A DNA stretch of 64,000 bases. Origin: Minisyncoccia bacterium (GTDB lineage Bacteria > Patescibacteriota > Minisyncoccia > Phycocordibacterales > UBA918). Positions within the stretch are counted from its first letter, which is position 1. Every line of letters begins with the position of its first letter. The stretch covers positions 68,142 to 132,141 of the forward strand of contig JBGSYZ010000017.1 of the NCBI GenBank assembly GCA_041750655.1. The letters run 5' to 3'. The notes beneath the pieces were generated by a model that saw only the letters and a program-made list of their open reading frames with translations, was not told where the DNA came from and ran no database searches. The translations under genes were made by a program, and so were the position numbers. Positions 19,887-29,221 of this stretch are shown here, piece by piece.

Positions 19887-20783
19887 TTATTGTACCATCA
19901 GTACACTGTAACGAATGGTTTGGTACTGGTCTTGATAACTGGTTGGTGCAAAACCAAACTCATGAGCCAAGAGAGAAATTTCACTTGTCTGTTCTGGTTC
20001 GTGTTCAATCCAGAGTTGTCCGCCTGGTTTTAAGAAATGTTCCGCTTGAGAAATAATTTTGGAGATAATCTCCATACCATTATTACCACCATAAAGTGCG
20101 AGCGGTGGTTCAAAATCTTTCACTGATTTTTCTGCTCGGTCTATTTTTGGATCTATGTAAGGTGGGTTTGTTAAAATGAAGTCAAATTGGCCAGAGATGT
20201 TTTCAAACAGGTTTGATTGAAAGACTTGGTAGCGGGTACAAGAGATTTCGTTTGCTTCCAAATTTTTACCAATTGTGGGGAGGTGAGCCTTGTCGATTTC
20301 TCCAAAGGTGACGTGGGCTTCAGGTACGGCTTTAGCTACGGCTACACCAATAGCTCCTGAACCAGCACAGAGGTCAAGAAGCTTTACTGGCGCAGCAGGC
20401 TCATCGTCTTGCCGCTGCCTGCCAAGCGACTCCGCTTCAAGACGATGAGCCTGCTGCTTAATAGCGCTAATCGCTTTCTCTACCCAATACTCAGTTTCTG
20501 TTCTGGGAATAAGCGTAAATTTCTTTACGCTTATTCCGGTCCTGTCTCCAGACAAGAATTTCCGATGTCGTTTAGACGAGGAAATAGGTGGAATTAAATC
20601 TGTCTCACCACTGAGATATATCTTACAGTTAAGAAAGGGAACATAACCAATCACATACCCGAGTGGCTCGCCGGTATGCAGGCGCTCGCAATCGGTGAAA
20701 AAACCTTCAGTTTTTTCACCTTTATATTTTTCCGCAAGCAGCCACTGTTCATCTTTTGTCATAGATGATTTGGATTTTTGCAC
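19887..20783 (-). CDS. prmC: Release-factor glutamine N5-methyltransferase PrmC/HemK (with in-frame insertion in N-domain)
   Basis: SAM motif LDLCAGSGAIG and catalytic FDFILTNPPYI. The N-terminal domain carries an extra stretch of about 35-40 aa encoded by palindromic DNA. Confidence 0.8.
   Translation of the reverse strand: MQKSKSSMTKDEQWLLAEKYKGEKTEGFFTDCERLHTGEPLGYVIGYVPFLNCKIYLSGETDLIPPISSSKRHRKFLSGDRTGISVKKFTLIPRTETEYWVEKAISAIKQQAHRLEAESLGRQRQDDEPAAPVKLLDLCAGSGAIGVAVAKAVPEAHVTFGEIDKAHLPTIGKNLEANEISCTRYQVFQSNLFENISGQFDFILTNPPYIDPKIDRAEKSVKDFEPPLALYGGNNGMEIISKIISQAEHFLKPGGQLWIEHEPEQTSEISLLAHEFGFAPTSYQDQYQTIRYSVLMVQ
20506..20537. repeat. Perfect hairpin (14-bp arms, 4-nt loop) embedded in the prmC coding sequence
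   Basis: GGAATAAGCGTAAA-tttc-TTTACGCTTATTCC. It encodes ISVKKFTLIP on the minus strand. A second inverted repeat lies at about 20402..20447 (CATCGTCTTG...CAAGACGATG). Confidence 0.8.
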
Positions 20784-21124
20784 GAACCGCGGACAATGAT
20801 TTCCATTTCCTCAATTTTGAAGTCTTGCGGTTCAAGTAATTTTAAAATTTTTTTATCTGGGGCTTTAAAATGAATTACTTTTTCACAATTAACACAAACC
20901 GCATGATGGTGTGGCTGGTTTTGGTATTCGTACTGAGCTTCCTCAGTACCGATATGGATTTGTTTAATTAATTTCTCTTGCAAAAACAAATCAAGATTTC
21001 GGTATATGGTCACCAAATCTATAGTGGGCAAGTGTTTATGAATATCAGCAGCCGATAGGGAGCCTTTATGTTTCCTTAAGATATCTAATATTTGTTTGCG
21101 TTTTATGGTTAGTCTCATATGCAA
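20759..21124 (-). CDS. Fur-family metalloregulator (probably Zur)
   Basis: 121 aa with an N-terminal winged helix, an HHH...C-x2-C metal site (HHHAVCVNCEK) and a C-terminal C...C. Divergent from a ZIP zinc transporter. Overlaps the prmC start by 25 nt. Confidence 0.75.
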   Translation of the reverse strand: MHMRLTIKRKQILDILRKHKGSLSAADIHKHLPTIDLVTIYRNLDLFLQEKLIKQIHIGTEEAQYEYQNQPHHHAVCVNCEKVIHFKAPDKKILKLLEPQDFKIEEMEIIVRGSCKNPNHL

Positions 21125-21160
21125 GTGATTTGCATCTTACCAACTTTTTGTTACACTGGC

Positions 21161-21181
21161 AATTGCAAATTAGTTGCAATT
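21161..21181. promoter_or_regulatory. Palindromic Fur/Zur-box-like operator in the divergent promoter region
   Basis: AATTGCAA-attag-TTGCAATT (8-bp perfect inverted arms) plus adjacent GCAATTGC. AT-rich and located between the Fur-family gene and the ZIP transporter. Confidence 0.4.
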
Positions 21182-21205
21182 AATGTTTACCTACCAATTT
21201 AGTTT

Positions 21206-22000
21206 ATGATGTTTGAAGCACTAATAGCTGGAGTACTGGTTGCCCTTACCTCACTTACCGGAGTTTTTTTCTTTAAAAACAACAAGAAGCTTCTCGGTGC
21301 ACAACGATACGTCGTGCCGATAGCAGTAGGGGTTTTCTTGAGTTTGGTTCTTTATGAACTTATTCCAGAAACCTTAGAACAGTCTCCACAATGGGGCGGT
21401 ATAGCCGTGGCTTTTGGTTTTATAACTTTTTATATATTAGCCAACTATCTTCATAAAAAATATCACCACTTAGAAGCAGATGACTGTGATCGCAAGGGAG
21501 CGGCGGCTCTGCTTCTTATTGGAGATGGTATTCACAATATCTCTGACGGAGTAGTGCTCGGTGGGGCGTTTTTAATCGATCCAACGGTGGGCTGGGCGAC
21601 AGCGGCGGCGCTCGCGCTTCATGAGATTCCCCAAGAGATAGTGGAGTTCGGGGTTTTGATACGCGCTGGCTACACAAGAAGCGCCGCCGCTCTCTACAAC
21701 TTAATATCAGCCAGCAGCATTATTCTAGGGTTAATCATGATTGTGGTTATATCAGAATATGCTAATGGATATATTTGGATAATTACTGGTATTGCGGCGG
21801 GCAATTTACTTTTCCTGGCCGCTAGTGACTTGCTGCCTCGTATTCACGGTAACCTAAAAAATTACGGTAGCATTTGGCACTCTACTTTTTCAATAATCAT
21901 TGGTTTTGTAATAATGACTACAGTACTTATTTGGACCCATGAACACTTTCATCTCCATGAAGGTCAACACGATGAAATTCACAATGAAACTCATCTTTAA
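21206..22000 (+). CDS. ZIP-family zinc transporter (ZupT-like)
   Basis: HNISDGV and HEIPQEIVEFGVL motifs, 8 TMs and a His-rich C-terminus (HEHFHLHEGQHDEIHNETHL). Confidence 0.85.
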   Translation: MMFEALIAGVLVALTSLTGVFFFKNNKKLLGAQRYVVPIAVGVFLSLVLYELIPETLEQSPQWGGIAVAFGFITFYILANYLHKKYHHLEADDCDRKGAAALLLIGDGIHNISDGVVLGGAFLIDPTVGWATAAALALHEIPQEIVEFGVLIRAGYTRSAAALYNLISASSIILGLIMIVVISEYANGYIWIITGIAAGNLLFLAASDLLPRIHGNLKNYGSIWHSTFSIIIGFVIMTTVLIWTHEHFHLHEGQHDEIHNETHL

Positions 22001-22035
22001 TTTAAGATAAATATTAATCTGCTAGACTATCAACC

Positions 22036-23166
22036 ATGGTTTTAAAATTTTGGCTAAAAGTAATTTTGTTTGTGTTGATTTTAGTCCCTAATCTCAACTT
22101 TGCGCAAGAAATACATAACGAGTTTCAAGGTACGTGGCGTGGTGAAGTAGCAAAAATTTTGCAAGAAGAGAACCGGCTCATTCCTGGGACAGACACTGAA
22201 CATTTGTATCAAACTATTTTGGTTAAGGTACTAGATGGACCAGAAAAGGGTGAAACCATCACTATCGAAAATGATTATTTAGAGCTAGATAAAGGTGATA
22301 AATTCTACTTTAATCACTATATATATATTGGCGGAGAGGAAGTATATGCCGTCACCACTATCGACCGCCGGGAGGCTTTACTGTTTTTCGTCTTGTTGTT
22401 CGTAGCTGCAGTAGTAGTGCTCGGTGGTTGGCAGGGTGTGCGTTCACTTGTTGCTTTGGTGGGTAGCTTTATTGCTATTTTTTATGTGTTGTTACCGGGA
22501 CTTTTGGCGGGTTGGAACCCTTTGCTTGTTAGCTCATTAGTAGCATCAGTGATTTTAGCGGCAGCCATATTTTTTACTCACGGACTCAATCGAGAATCAG
22601 CCGTAGCGTACGTTGGAACTATGCTTGCTGTTTTTCTTACCGGTTTATTGGCAATAATTGCTGTGTATATGTGCGACCTGTCTGGTTTTGTGAGTGATGA
22701 ATCAGTTTACTTAAATTTCAATACGGCTGGCAAACTTGATTTCACTGGCCTCTTACTTGGTGCCATTATCATCGGGGTACTAGGAGTACTTGATGACATA
22801 GCAGTAACTCAAGCAGCGGTTGTATCGGAGCTCTATAACAGCAACTCTAACTTAACGCGTCTTGAAGTATATCGTCGTGCCCTACGAGTTGGGAAGGAAC
22901 ACGTCGGGGCGCTTGTGAATACGTTGGTGTTAGCTTACACCGGTGTTTCGTTGCCGCTCCTGTTATATTTTTCACAATCAACAATCAGTGTGTGGTCACT
23001 AATAAATTCCGAGACGTTTGCCACCGAAATCGTTCGCGCCATTGTTGGTAGTATTGGTCTTATAATGACAGTACCTATAGTTACTGGCCTGGCTGTGTAT
23101 TACCTTAAGGGTTATGTACCAAAAAGTGGTCATAGTCACTCGCACGGACACGGCCACACTCATTAG
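22036..23166 (+). CDS. Polytopic membrane protein with extracytoplasmic N-domain and His-rich tail (YibE/F-like?)
   Basis: Signal anchor, a soluble N-domain of about 100 aa, 7-8 TMs and a C-terminal HSHSHGHGHTH. The family assignment is tentative. Confidence 0.4.
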   Translation: MVLKFWLKVILFVLILVPNLNFAQEIHNEFQGTWRGEVAKILQEENRLIPGTDTEHLYQTILVKVLDGPEKGETITIENDYLELDKGDKFYFNHYIYIGGEEVYAVTTIDRREALLFFVLLFVAAVVVLGGWQGVRSLVALVGSFIAIFYVLLPGLLAGWNPLLVSSLVASVILAAAIFFTHGLNRESAVAYVGTMLAVFLTGLLAIIAVYMCDLSGFVSDESVYLNFNTAGKLDFTGLLLGAIIIGVLGVLDDIAVTQAAVVSELYNSNSNLTRLEVYRRALRVGKEHVGALVNTLVLAYTGVSLPLLLYFSQSTISVWSLINSETFATEIVRAIVGSIGLIMTVPIVTGLAVYYLKGYVPKSGHSHSHGHGHTH

Positions 23167-23192
23167 GGTTTAAATTTGCTATACTTAGTGCC

Positions 23193-23933
23193 ATGTCAGA
23201 TACTCCAATGCTTGAGATTAAAAATCTCACCAAAAAATACGGCAACAAAATCGCGGTTGATAATATTTCTTTGACCATTAAACGAGGAAGTTTTTTTGGC
23301 CTGCTTGGTCCCAATGGAGCAGGGAAGAGTACGACTATTCACTGTATTACAGGTATTGCACAACCAACGAGCGGACAAATATTGGTAGACGGAGTAGATG
23401 TAGTTACGGACTATAAACTAGCTCGCACGAAAGTCGGACTTTCACCACAAGAATTCAATGTTGATATTTTTGCTACCCCAGTTCAACTTATGGATTACAT
23501 TGGCGGTTATTATGGGATCCCTTCTGCTGTACGAGTAAAACGTATAGATGATCTTATAGAGCGCTTTGATTTAGAGCAGCATCGTAATGTAAAATTTCAG
23601 AAATTATCAGGTGGTCTCAAACGTCGGGCCATGCTCGGGCGAGCCTTAGTGCACACTCCAGACTTACTTATTCTCGACGAACCAACTGCTGGGGTGGATG
23701 TCGAGCAACGTCGTGACCTTTGGGCATACCTGAAAGAGATGAACGAAAAAGGCAAGACTATTATTCTCACTTCGCACTATCTGGAAGAAATTCAGTATCT
23801 TTGTAATGAAATAGCTATTATCAATCATGGCAAAATTGTTGCCGAAGGAAGCAAGGCTGATTTTATGAAAGACGGTAAGAGTGTCGAAGAGACATATCTT
23901 GAAATTACCAAAAAGGATAACGCATCAAAGTAG
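23193..23933 (+). CDS. ABC transporter ATP-binding protein
   Basis: Walker A GPNGAGKST, signature LSGGLKRR and Walker B LLILDEPTAGVD. Confidence 0.85.
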   Translation: MSDTPMLEIKNLTKKYGNKIAVDNISLTIKRGSFFGLLGPNGAGKSTTIHCITGIAQPTSGQILVDGVDVVTDYKLARTKVGLSPQEFNVDIFATPVQLMDYIGGYYGIPSAVRVKRIDDLIERFDLEQHRNVKFQKLSGGLKRRAMLGRALVHTPDLLILDEPTAGVDVEQRRDLWAYLKEMNEKGKTIILTSHYLEEIQYLCNEIAIINHGKIVAEGSKADFMKDGKSVEETYLEITKKDNASK

Positions 23934-23934
23934 T

Positions 23935-24702
23935 ATGGAAATAAATTGGATAGGCTTATACACGATGTTCAGACGCGAAGTCCAGCGCACCTTTCGTGTT
24001 GTGACACAGACACTTGTGGCGCCAGTTATTTCTGCCGCGCTCTACATTTTTATTTTTGGTACAGTTATTGGCACTCGCATAGATGACTTTGCTGGTGTCC
24101 CATATATCTCTTTTGTGTTCCCAGGAGTGCTTATGCTCTCAATCATCAACGCCAGTTTTGCAAGTGCTTCTTCCGCCTTGTATTTTATGCGTTTTACCCG
24201 TGGGATTGAAGAAATTCTCATCACTCCGTTTTCATATCTTGAGATGTTGATTGGTTTTGTTGGTAGTGCGGTCACTCGGGCGTTGTTGGTTGCGTTTCTT
24301 ATTTTAGGAGTTGGATTACTCTTTGGGGCTGTTCAATTAGAAAACCCAGTTGGCTTTGTGTTATACGTAGCGGCTATTTCTGCTATCTTTGCGATGCTCG
24401 GCATTATCGTAGCGCTCTGGGCCGAAGGTTTCGAACAACTCCAAGCACTCAATACTTTTGTAATTACACCACTTACATATCTAGGCGGTATCTTTTACTC
24501 AGTCACATTCTTACCACCACTAGCAGCGACCATCACTCACTTCAATCCGTTCTTTTACTTTGCCGACGGGATACGCAGTAGCATGATTGGGTATAGTGAA
24601 GCCAACAGTCAGATTGGGTTGTTGGTGATAGGTGGGTTAGTGCTTGGGCTAGGAATTTTGGTCACCCAACTTTTCAAGCACGGGTGGAAGATAAGAAACT
24701 GA
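23935..24702 (+). CDS. ABC-2 type transporter permease
   Basis: Six TMs. The likely start, MEINWIG, overlaps the ATPase stop. Confidence 0.65.
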   Translation: MEINWIGLYTMFRREVQRTFRVVTQTLVAPVISAALYIFIFGTVIGTRIDDFAGVPYISFVFPGVLMLSIINASFASASSALYFMRFTRGIEEILITPFSYLEMLIGFVGSAVTRALLVAFLILGVGLLFGAVQLENPVGFVLYVAAISAIFAMLGIIVALWAEGFEQLQALNTFVITPLTYLGGIFYSVTFLPPLAATITHFNPFFYFADGIRSSMIGYSEANSQIGLLVIGGLVLGLGILVTQLFKHGWKIRN

Positions 24703-24752
24703 TTTTTTATTTCACATAGTCCGGCGCGCAAGCGCGCCGGACTGGTATACTA

Positions 24753-25775
24753 TTGAGCAATATGGATCATTCAAAACTCTACGAAACGGTCACTGCGTTG
24801 ATGGCGCCAGGTAAAGGAATTTTAGCGGCCGACGAAAGCAATGGAACAATGAACAAACGCCTGGCGTCTATTAATGTGCCTGAAGAAGCAGAGAACCGTC
24901 GTAAATTTCGTCAGCTAATGTTTACAGCTCCCGATATTGAAAAATATTTATCCGGAGTTATTTTATATGATTCGTCCATTCGCAATTTAACGGATGATGG
25001 TATAGCGTTTCCAGATATTTTACTGTCAAAGGGAATTATTCCTGGCATCAAAGTCGATAAAGGAACAGTGAATCTTACTAATTTCCCAGATGAAGTTATC
25101 ACCGAAGGTCTTGATGGTCTTAAAGAACGTCTTGAGGAATATTTTGATTTAGGTGCGCGGTTTGCTAAATGGCGAGCGGTCATTTCCATCACTGATGAAC
25201 TTCCCAGTGATGAATGTATTTTGGCCAACTCATTTGTTTTGGCTCGCTACGCAGCTTTATGCCAAGAAGCGGGAATTGTGCCAATGATTGAACCGGAAGT
25301 ACTACTGAATGGGTCGCACGATATAGCTCGGGCCGAAGCGGTGACTATGCACACCCTCCAGATTTTATTTAATGTTTTGAAGGAATATCGAATTGATTTA
25401 CAGAGTCTAATTTTAAAATCTAGTATGGTGCTTTCCGGCGACAAACATGCTCCGGCCTCTACTCCCGAAGAAGTGGCCGACGCTACCTTACGGACATTCC
25501 ACTTATCTGTACCACATGAAGTACCGGGTATTGTTTTCCTTTCTGGGGGTCAAGAAACTATTCGGGCTACCGAGAACCTTCAAATGATTGCCGAACGCGG
25601 CCCGCAACCATGGAAGATTACGTTTTCATACTCGCGTGCTTTGGAAGAACCAGTCCTCGCTGCGTGGCAGGGTAACGATGAAAATGTGATCAAAGCCCAA
25701 AAAATTTTACTTCATCGAGCCAAGATGAACAGCTTAGCGACTCAGGGTAAGTACGAGTCTAAACTTGAAAAATAA
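24753..25775 (+). CDS. fba: Fructose-bisphosphate aldolase, class I
   Basis: 340 aa. N-terminal GKGILAADESNGTMNKRL and Schiff-base lysine region are typical of class I FBA. Confidence 0.85.
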   Translation: MSNMDHSKLYETVTALMAPGKGILAADESNGTMNKRLASINVPEEAENRRKFRQLMFTAPDIEKYLSGVILYDSSIRNLTDDGIAFPDILLSKGIIPGIKVDKGTVNLTNFPDEVITEGLDGLKERLEEYFDLGARFAKWRAVISITDELPSDECILANSFVLARYAALCQEAGIVPMIEPEVLLNGSHDIARAEAVTMHTLQILFNVLKEYRIDLQSLILKSSMVLSGDKHAPASTPEEVADATLRTFHLSVPHEVPGIVFLSGGQETIRATENLQMIAERGPQPWKITFSYSRALEEPVLAAWQGNDENVIKAQKILLHRAKMNSLATQGKYESKLEK

Positions 25776-25780
25776 TAAAT

Positions 25781-25816
25781 AAAAAGAGCCGCTCCCGGAG
25801 GGAGCGGCTCTTTTTG
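25781..25816. terminator. Bidirectional terminator between fba (+) and rpmG (-)
   Basis: aaaaagagccgctccc-ggag-ggagcggctcttttt. Confidence 0.75.
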
Positions 25817-25824
25817 TATCTGAC

Positions 25825-26034
25825 CTACTTAGCCTTTTGCTTGTACATTGTGTGAAGCTTAGCCACTGGGTTAAATTTTTTAACCTCGTACTTCTTTCCT
25901 GGGTCTTTCTTATTTTTGTTATTGAAAACAGTATAAATAACATGGCCTTTGCCAAGTCCTTCCGGTTTTTCTTCGGTTGCTTGATCTTTAGAAACACCAG
26001 CAGAAACCATCTTTATTAGTCTATCTTGTGACAT
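25825..26034 (-). CDS. rpmG: 50S ribosomal protein L33, Cys-less (zinc-independent) form
   Basis: Aligns with E. coli L33: LIKMVSAG...GKGHVIYTVFNNKNKK...KYEVKKFNPVAKLHTMYKQKAK vs [21 protein letters not shown]...[21 protein letters not shown]. No Cys residues. The ORF-track ORF extends to 26073 upstream of the likely start. Confidence 0.65.
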   Translation of the reverse strand: MSQDRLIKMVSAGVSKDQATEEKPEGLGKGHVIYTVFNNKNKKDPGKKYEVKKFNPVAKLHTMYKQKAK

Positions 26035-26208
26035 AGTGGGCGTGATAATACCAGAAAGTAGGTTGGCGGTCAATCAATAGCGCGCTATACACAGATGTCA
26101 GGCCTCGTTAACAACTGTCATAAAAATAGTGTGTTAAAATGGCTTTGTTTGACGGTTCTGTCCGTCTATTTCTTCTGTTATCACTGATAGTCAAACCTCT
26201 TTTTAATT

Positions 26209-27441
26209 ATGCGCGTACTCACATTTGGATGGGAATTTCCACCAGTTAAAACAGGCGGTTTAGGGGTGGCCTGTCAAGGATTGACGCGTGAACTCTGTGG
26301 GGAGGGAATTGAAGTTTTGTTTGTGCTTCCCCGCACCCAACAAACTCAAGGTTCTGCCCAATTTCGCTTTGCAGATATAGATAAAAATATAAAAGTACGA
26401 GAAATAGAATCTCCGTTAGTGCCATACCAAAGTAGTGGCACCTCTTTTTCATATTATGACGCTGTCACCAAACAAAAACTTTTTTCAAGGAGCTTAATTG
26501 AAGAAGTGCATCGCTATGCACATCAGGCTTCTGTCATCGCTAGTCAAGAAGATTTTGACATCATCCATGCCCACGACTGGACTTCCTACCTAGCTGGCTT
26601 GGCGGCTAAAGCAGTCTCAGGAAAACCACTAGTAGTTCACGTTCATGCTACCTCGTATGATCAGGCAGCTAGTGATAACGTTGACCCAGAAATTTTTGCG
26701 ATTGAAGAACGAGCATTTCGCGAAGCAGACAGAGTCATTGCTGTTAGTCAGTTTACAAAAAACGTAATAGTTCAAAAACACGGTGCCAATCCTGATAAGG
26801 TTGATGTAATACACAACGGTTGTGACACCCATGAACCACCACGGTATCAACCGGTGTTGGCGGAACTAAAGGCGCAGGGCAAAAAAATTGTTCTCTACCA
26901 TGGTCGTATAACTATTCAAAAAGGAGTTGATTATTTTGTGAACGCAGCGCGCAGAGTGGTTGATGTAAATCCGGATGTGGTTTTTTTTATTTCTGGTTCA
27001 GGAGACATGGAGCGACAAATTATGCATCAAGTTGGAGCCATGGCCTTGTCACGCCACGTTATCTTTGCCGGTGCTTTATGGGACGAGGAGCGTGATCGTA
27101 TGTATCAAACGGCTGACTTGGTTGTGATGCCATCTGTGTCCGAACCATTTGGTTTGGTGCCACTAGAATCAATTCAACAGGGCACTGCGTCACTCATCAC
27201 TAAACAATCCGGAGTAGCTGAAGTGCTTACTCATGTGCTTAAGGTAGATTTTTGGGACGTGGAAGAAATGGCTAACAAAATTGTGGCGGCTCTCAAATAC
27301 GAAACAATGAATGGTCAGTTGGTCCGTGAAGGAAAAAAAGAAATACTCAAACTATCTTGGCATACAGCAGCCGATAAAGTAAAAAACCTTTATCAACAAC
27401 TAATACAACTTGGGACTTCTGGTTCAAGTGCGGTAGAATAG
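26209..27441 (+). CDS. Glycosyltransferase, glycogen-synthase-like (GT4/GT5 fold)
   Basis: N-terminal GWEFPPVKTGGLGVA (ADP-glucose-type glycogen synthase motif K-x-GGL) and a C-terminal GT-B E-x7-E region (EPFGLVPLES). Confidence 0.65.
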   Translation: MRVLTFGWEFPPVKTGGLGVACQGLTRELCGEGIEVLFVLPRTQQTQGSAQFRFADIDKNIKVREIESPLVPYQSSGTSFSYYDAVTKQKLFSRSLIEEVHRYAHQASVIASQEDFDIIHAHDWTSYLAGLAAKAVSGKPLVVHVHATSYDQAASDNVDPEIFAIEERAFREADRVIAVSQFTKNVIVQKHGANPDKVDVIHNGCDTHEPPRYQPVLAELKAQGKKIVLYHGRITIQKGVDYFVNAARRVVDVNPDVVFFISGSGDMERQIMHQVGAMALSRHVIFAGALWDEERDRMYQTADLVVMPSVSEPFGLVPLESIQQGTASLITKQSGVAEVLTHVLKVDFWDVEEMANKIVAALKYETMNGQLVREGKKEILKLSWHTAADKVKNLYQQLIQLGTSGSSAVE

Positions 27442-27446
27442 AGAAC

Positions 27447-28757
27447 ATGTTAAGTGTGTGTCCCTATTTTCATGTTCACCAACCTTTTCGAGTGAAACGT
27501 TTTCGGGTTTTTGATATTGGTAACGACACCGAATACTTTAACGACGCGAGTGAAACGGATTTAAATAATCGAAGAATTGCTGAGAAGGTAGCCGACAAAT
27601 CCTACCGCCCTGCAACCAAGGTTCTCCAAGAACTTTTAGACAACCACCCTGAATTTCGTTTTGCCTTATCTTTTTCTGGCACGGCGCTCGAGCAGTTTGA
27701 AGCGTACACACCAGATGTACTGGAGTCATTTCAAAAATTAGTGTCCAGCGGACGGGTTGAGATTCTGGCCGACACTTACCATCACTCGCTGGCTTTTTTC
27801 TTTTCACAACCGGAGTTCGAAAGACAAGTAGCACTTCATGCCAAAAAAATAAAAGAGCTTTTTAATTACACACCACGGGTTTTCCGAAACACCGAACTTT
27901 CGTACCGAAACGATTTGGCTCATTGGTGTGATGCTCATGGGTACAAAGGCATCATGGCTGAAGGTTGGGATAAATACCTTGGCTGGCGTAGTCCAAATTT
28001 TGTGTATACACCAATTGGAGCTAAAAAAATTAAAGTTCTTTTAAAGAATTATAAATTGTCTGATGATGTGGCCTTTCGGTTTAGTAATCAAGGTTGGGAG
28101 AGTTGGCCACTTAATGCCGAAACCTACGCTGACTGGATTCATTCTCATCATGGCGACGGACAAACCATTAATCTGTTTATGGACTTCGAAACTTTTGGTG
28201 AACACCAATGGGAAGATACTGGTATATTTAATTTTTTGCGTGCGCTCCCAAGCACATTACTGAAGCGTGATGATACTACTTTTTTGACTCCGTCTGAGAC
28301 AATCGATGCGTATGATTCAGTCGGAGAATTTGATGTGCCAGATATTTTGACGTGGGCTGATACCGATAGAGACCTCACCGCTTGGATAGGGAATGATATT
28401 CAACGAGACGCTATCCATGCTATCTACGCCCTTGAAAGTGAAGTGTTAAAAACTCAAGATGAAGAACTTATTGAAATTTGGCGCAAGTTGCAAACCTCCG
28501 ACCATTTTTATTATATGTGTACCAAGTGGTTTAACGATGGTGACGTGCACGCGTACTTTTCACCCTATGAATCCCCATACGATGCGTATATCGCTTTCAT
28601 GAATGCGCTCTCTGATTTACAATTGAGGGTAAGCTATGCCGGCAAAGCCAGAGAAAAATTCGCCGCGAGACTGGAGGCACCTAGCACAAGTTTCTGGGGC
28701 AAACTTTTGGCGTGGATTAAGCAAATCTTTGGTCAATTCAAAACAGCGGTTTTTTAA
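27447..28757 (+). CDS. Glycoside hydrolase family 57 (alpha-glucan acting)
   Basis: N-terminal HQP motif (YFHVHQPFR) and the DFETFGEHQWED catalytic region, typical of GH57. Confidence 0.6.
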   Translation: MLSVCPYFHVHQPFRVKRFRVFDIGNDTEYFNDASETDLNNRRIAEKVADKSYRPATKVLQELLDNHPEFRFALSFSGTALEQFEAYTPDVLESFQKLVSSGRVEILADTYHHSLAFFFSQPEFERQVALHAKKIKELFNYTPRVFRNTELSYRNDLAHWCDAHGYKGIMAEGWDKYLGWRSPNFVYTPIGAKKIKVLLKNYKLSDDVAFRFSNQGWESWPLNAETYADWIHSHHGDGQTINLFMDFETFGEHQWEDTGIFNFLRALPSTLLKRDDTTFLTPSETIDAYDSVGEFDVPDILTWADTDRDLTAWIGNDIQRDAIHAIYALESEVLKTQDEELIEIWRKLQTSDHFYYMCTKWFNDGDVHAYFSPYESPYDAYIAFMNALSDLQLRVSYAGKAREKFAARLEAPSTSFWGKLLAWIKQIFGQFKTAVF

Positions 28758-28815
28758 AACACAAAGTCGGACCAAAACCACATCAGTTCTTACAAATAAT
28801 GTTCTTTCAAGTTCT

Positions 28816-29217
28816 ATGACCACAAAAAAGAAAACTACCAAAAAAGCGGTAGTCAAAAAAACAACCAAAAAATCAGTAACAAAAAATCTAACTCAAAAAG
28901 TAGCAAAAAAAGCGACGTCTAACAAATCAGACAGTGGTAAAAAACTAGTCGTTGCCACCGGCGCTAACTGTTTTTGGGTTCACAACGGCCCAATTCTGCG
29001 TGATTTAGTAGAGTTAGAAAAGGCTCTTGATGAAATGAATGAGAAAATATTTGCACATCATGTATCTGGTACACGTAACGATTTCGCAGATTGGATTCAA
29101 ATGGTTTTGAAGGATGCTGAAGCAGCTGTGGCATTCAGAAAAGCCAAAAAGCCAAAAACCGCTCGAACGGTTATCGTTAGACAACTGAAGCTTTACAAGT
29201 TACCAGTTAAAAAATAA
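28816..29217 (+). CDS. Small protein with N-terminal lysine-rich H1-like repeat and unknown C-terminal domain
   Basis: [37 protein letters not shown] then a globular C-terminus (ATGANCFWVHNGPILRDLVELEKALDEMNEKIFAHH). The same repeat type appears at the RpoD N-terminus. Confidence 0.45.
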   Translation: MTTKKKTTKKAVVKKTTKKSVTKNLTQKVAKKATSNKSDSGKKLVVATGANCFWVHNGPILRDLVELEKALDEMNEKIFAHHVSGTRNDFADWIQMVLKDAEAAVAFRKAKKPKTARTVIVRQLKLYKLPVKK

Positions 29218-29221
29218 TTGT

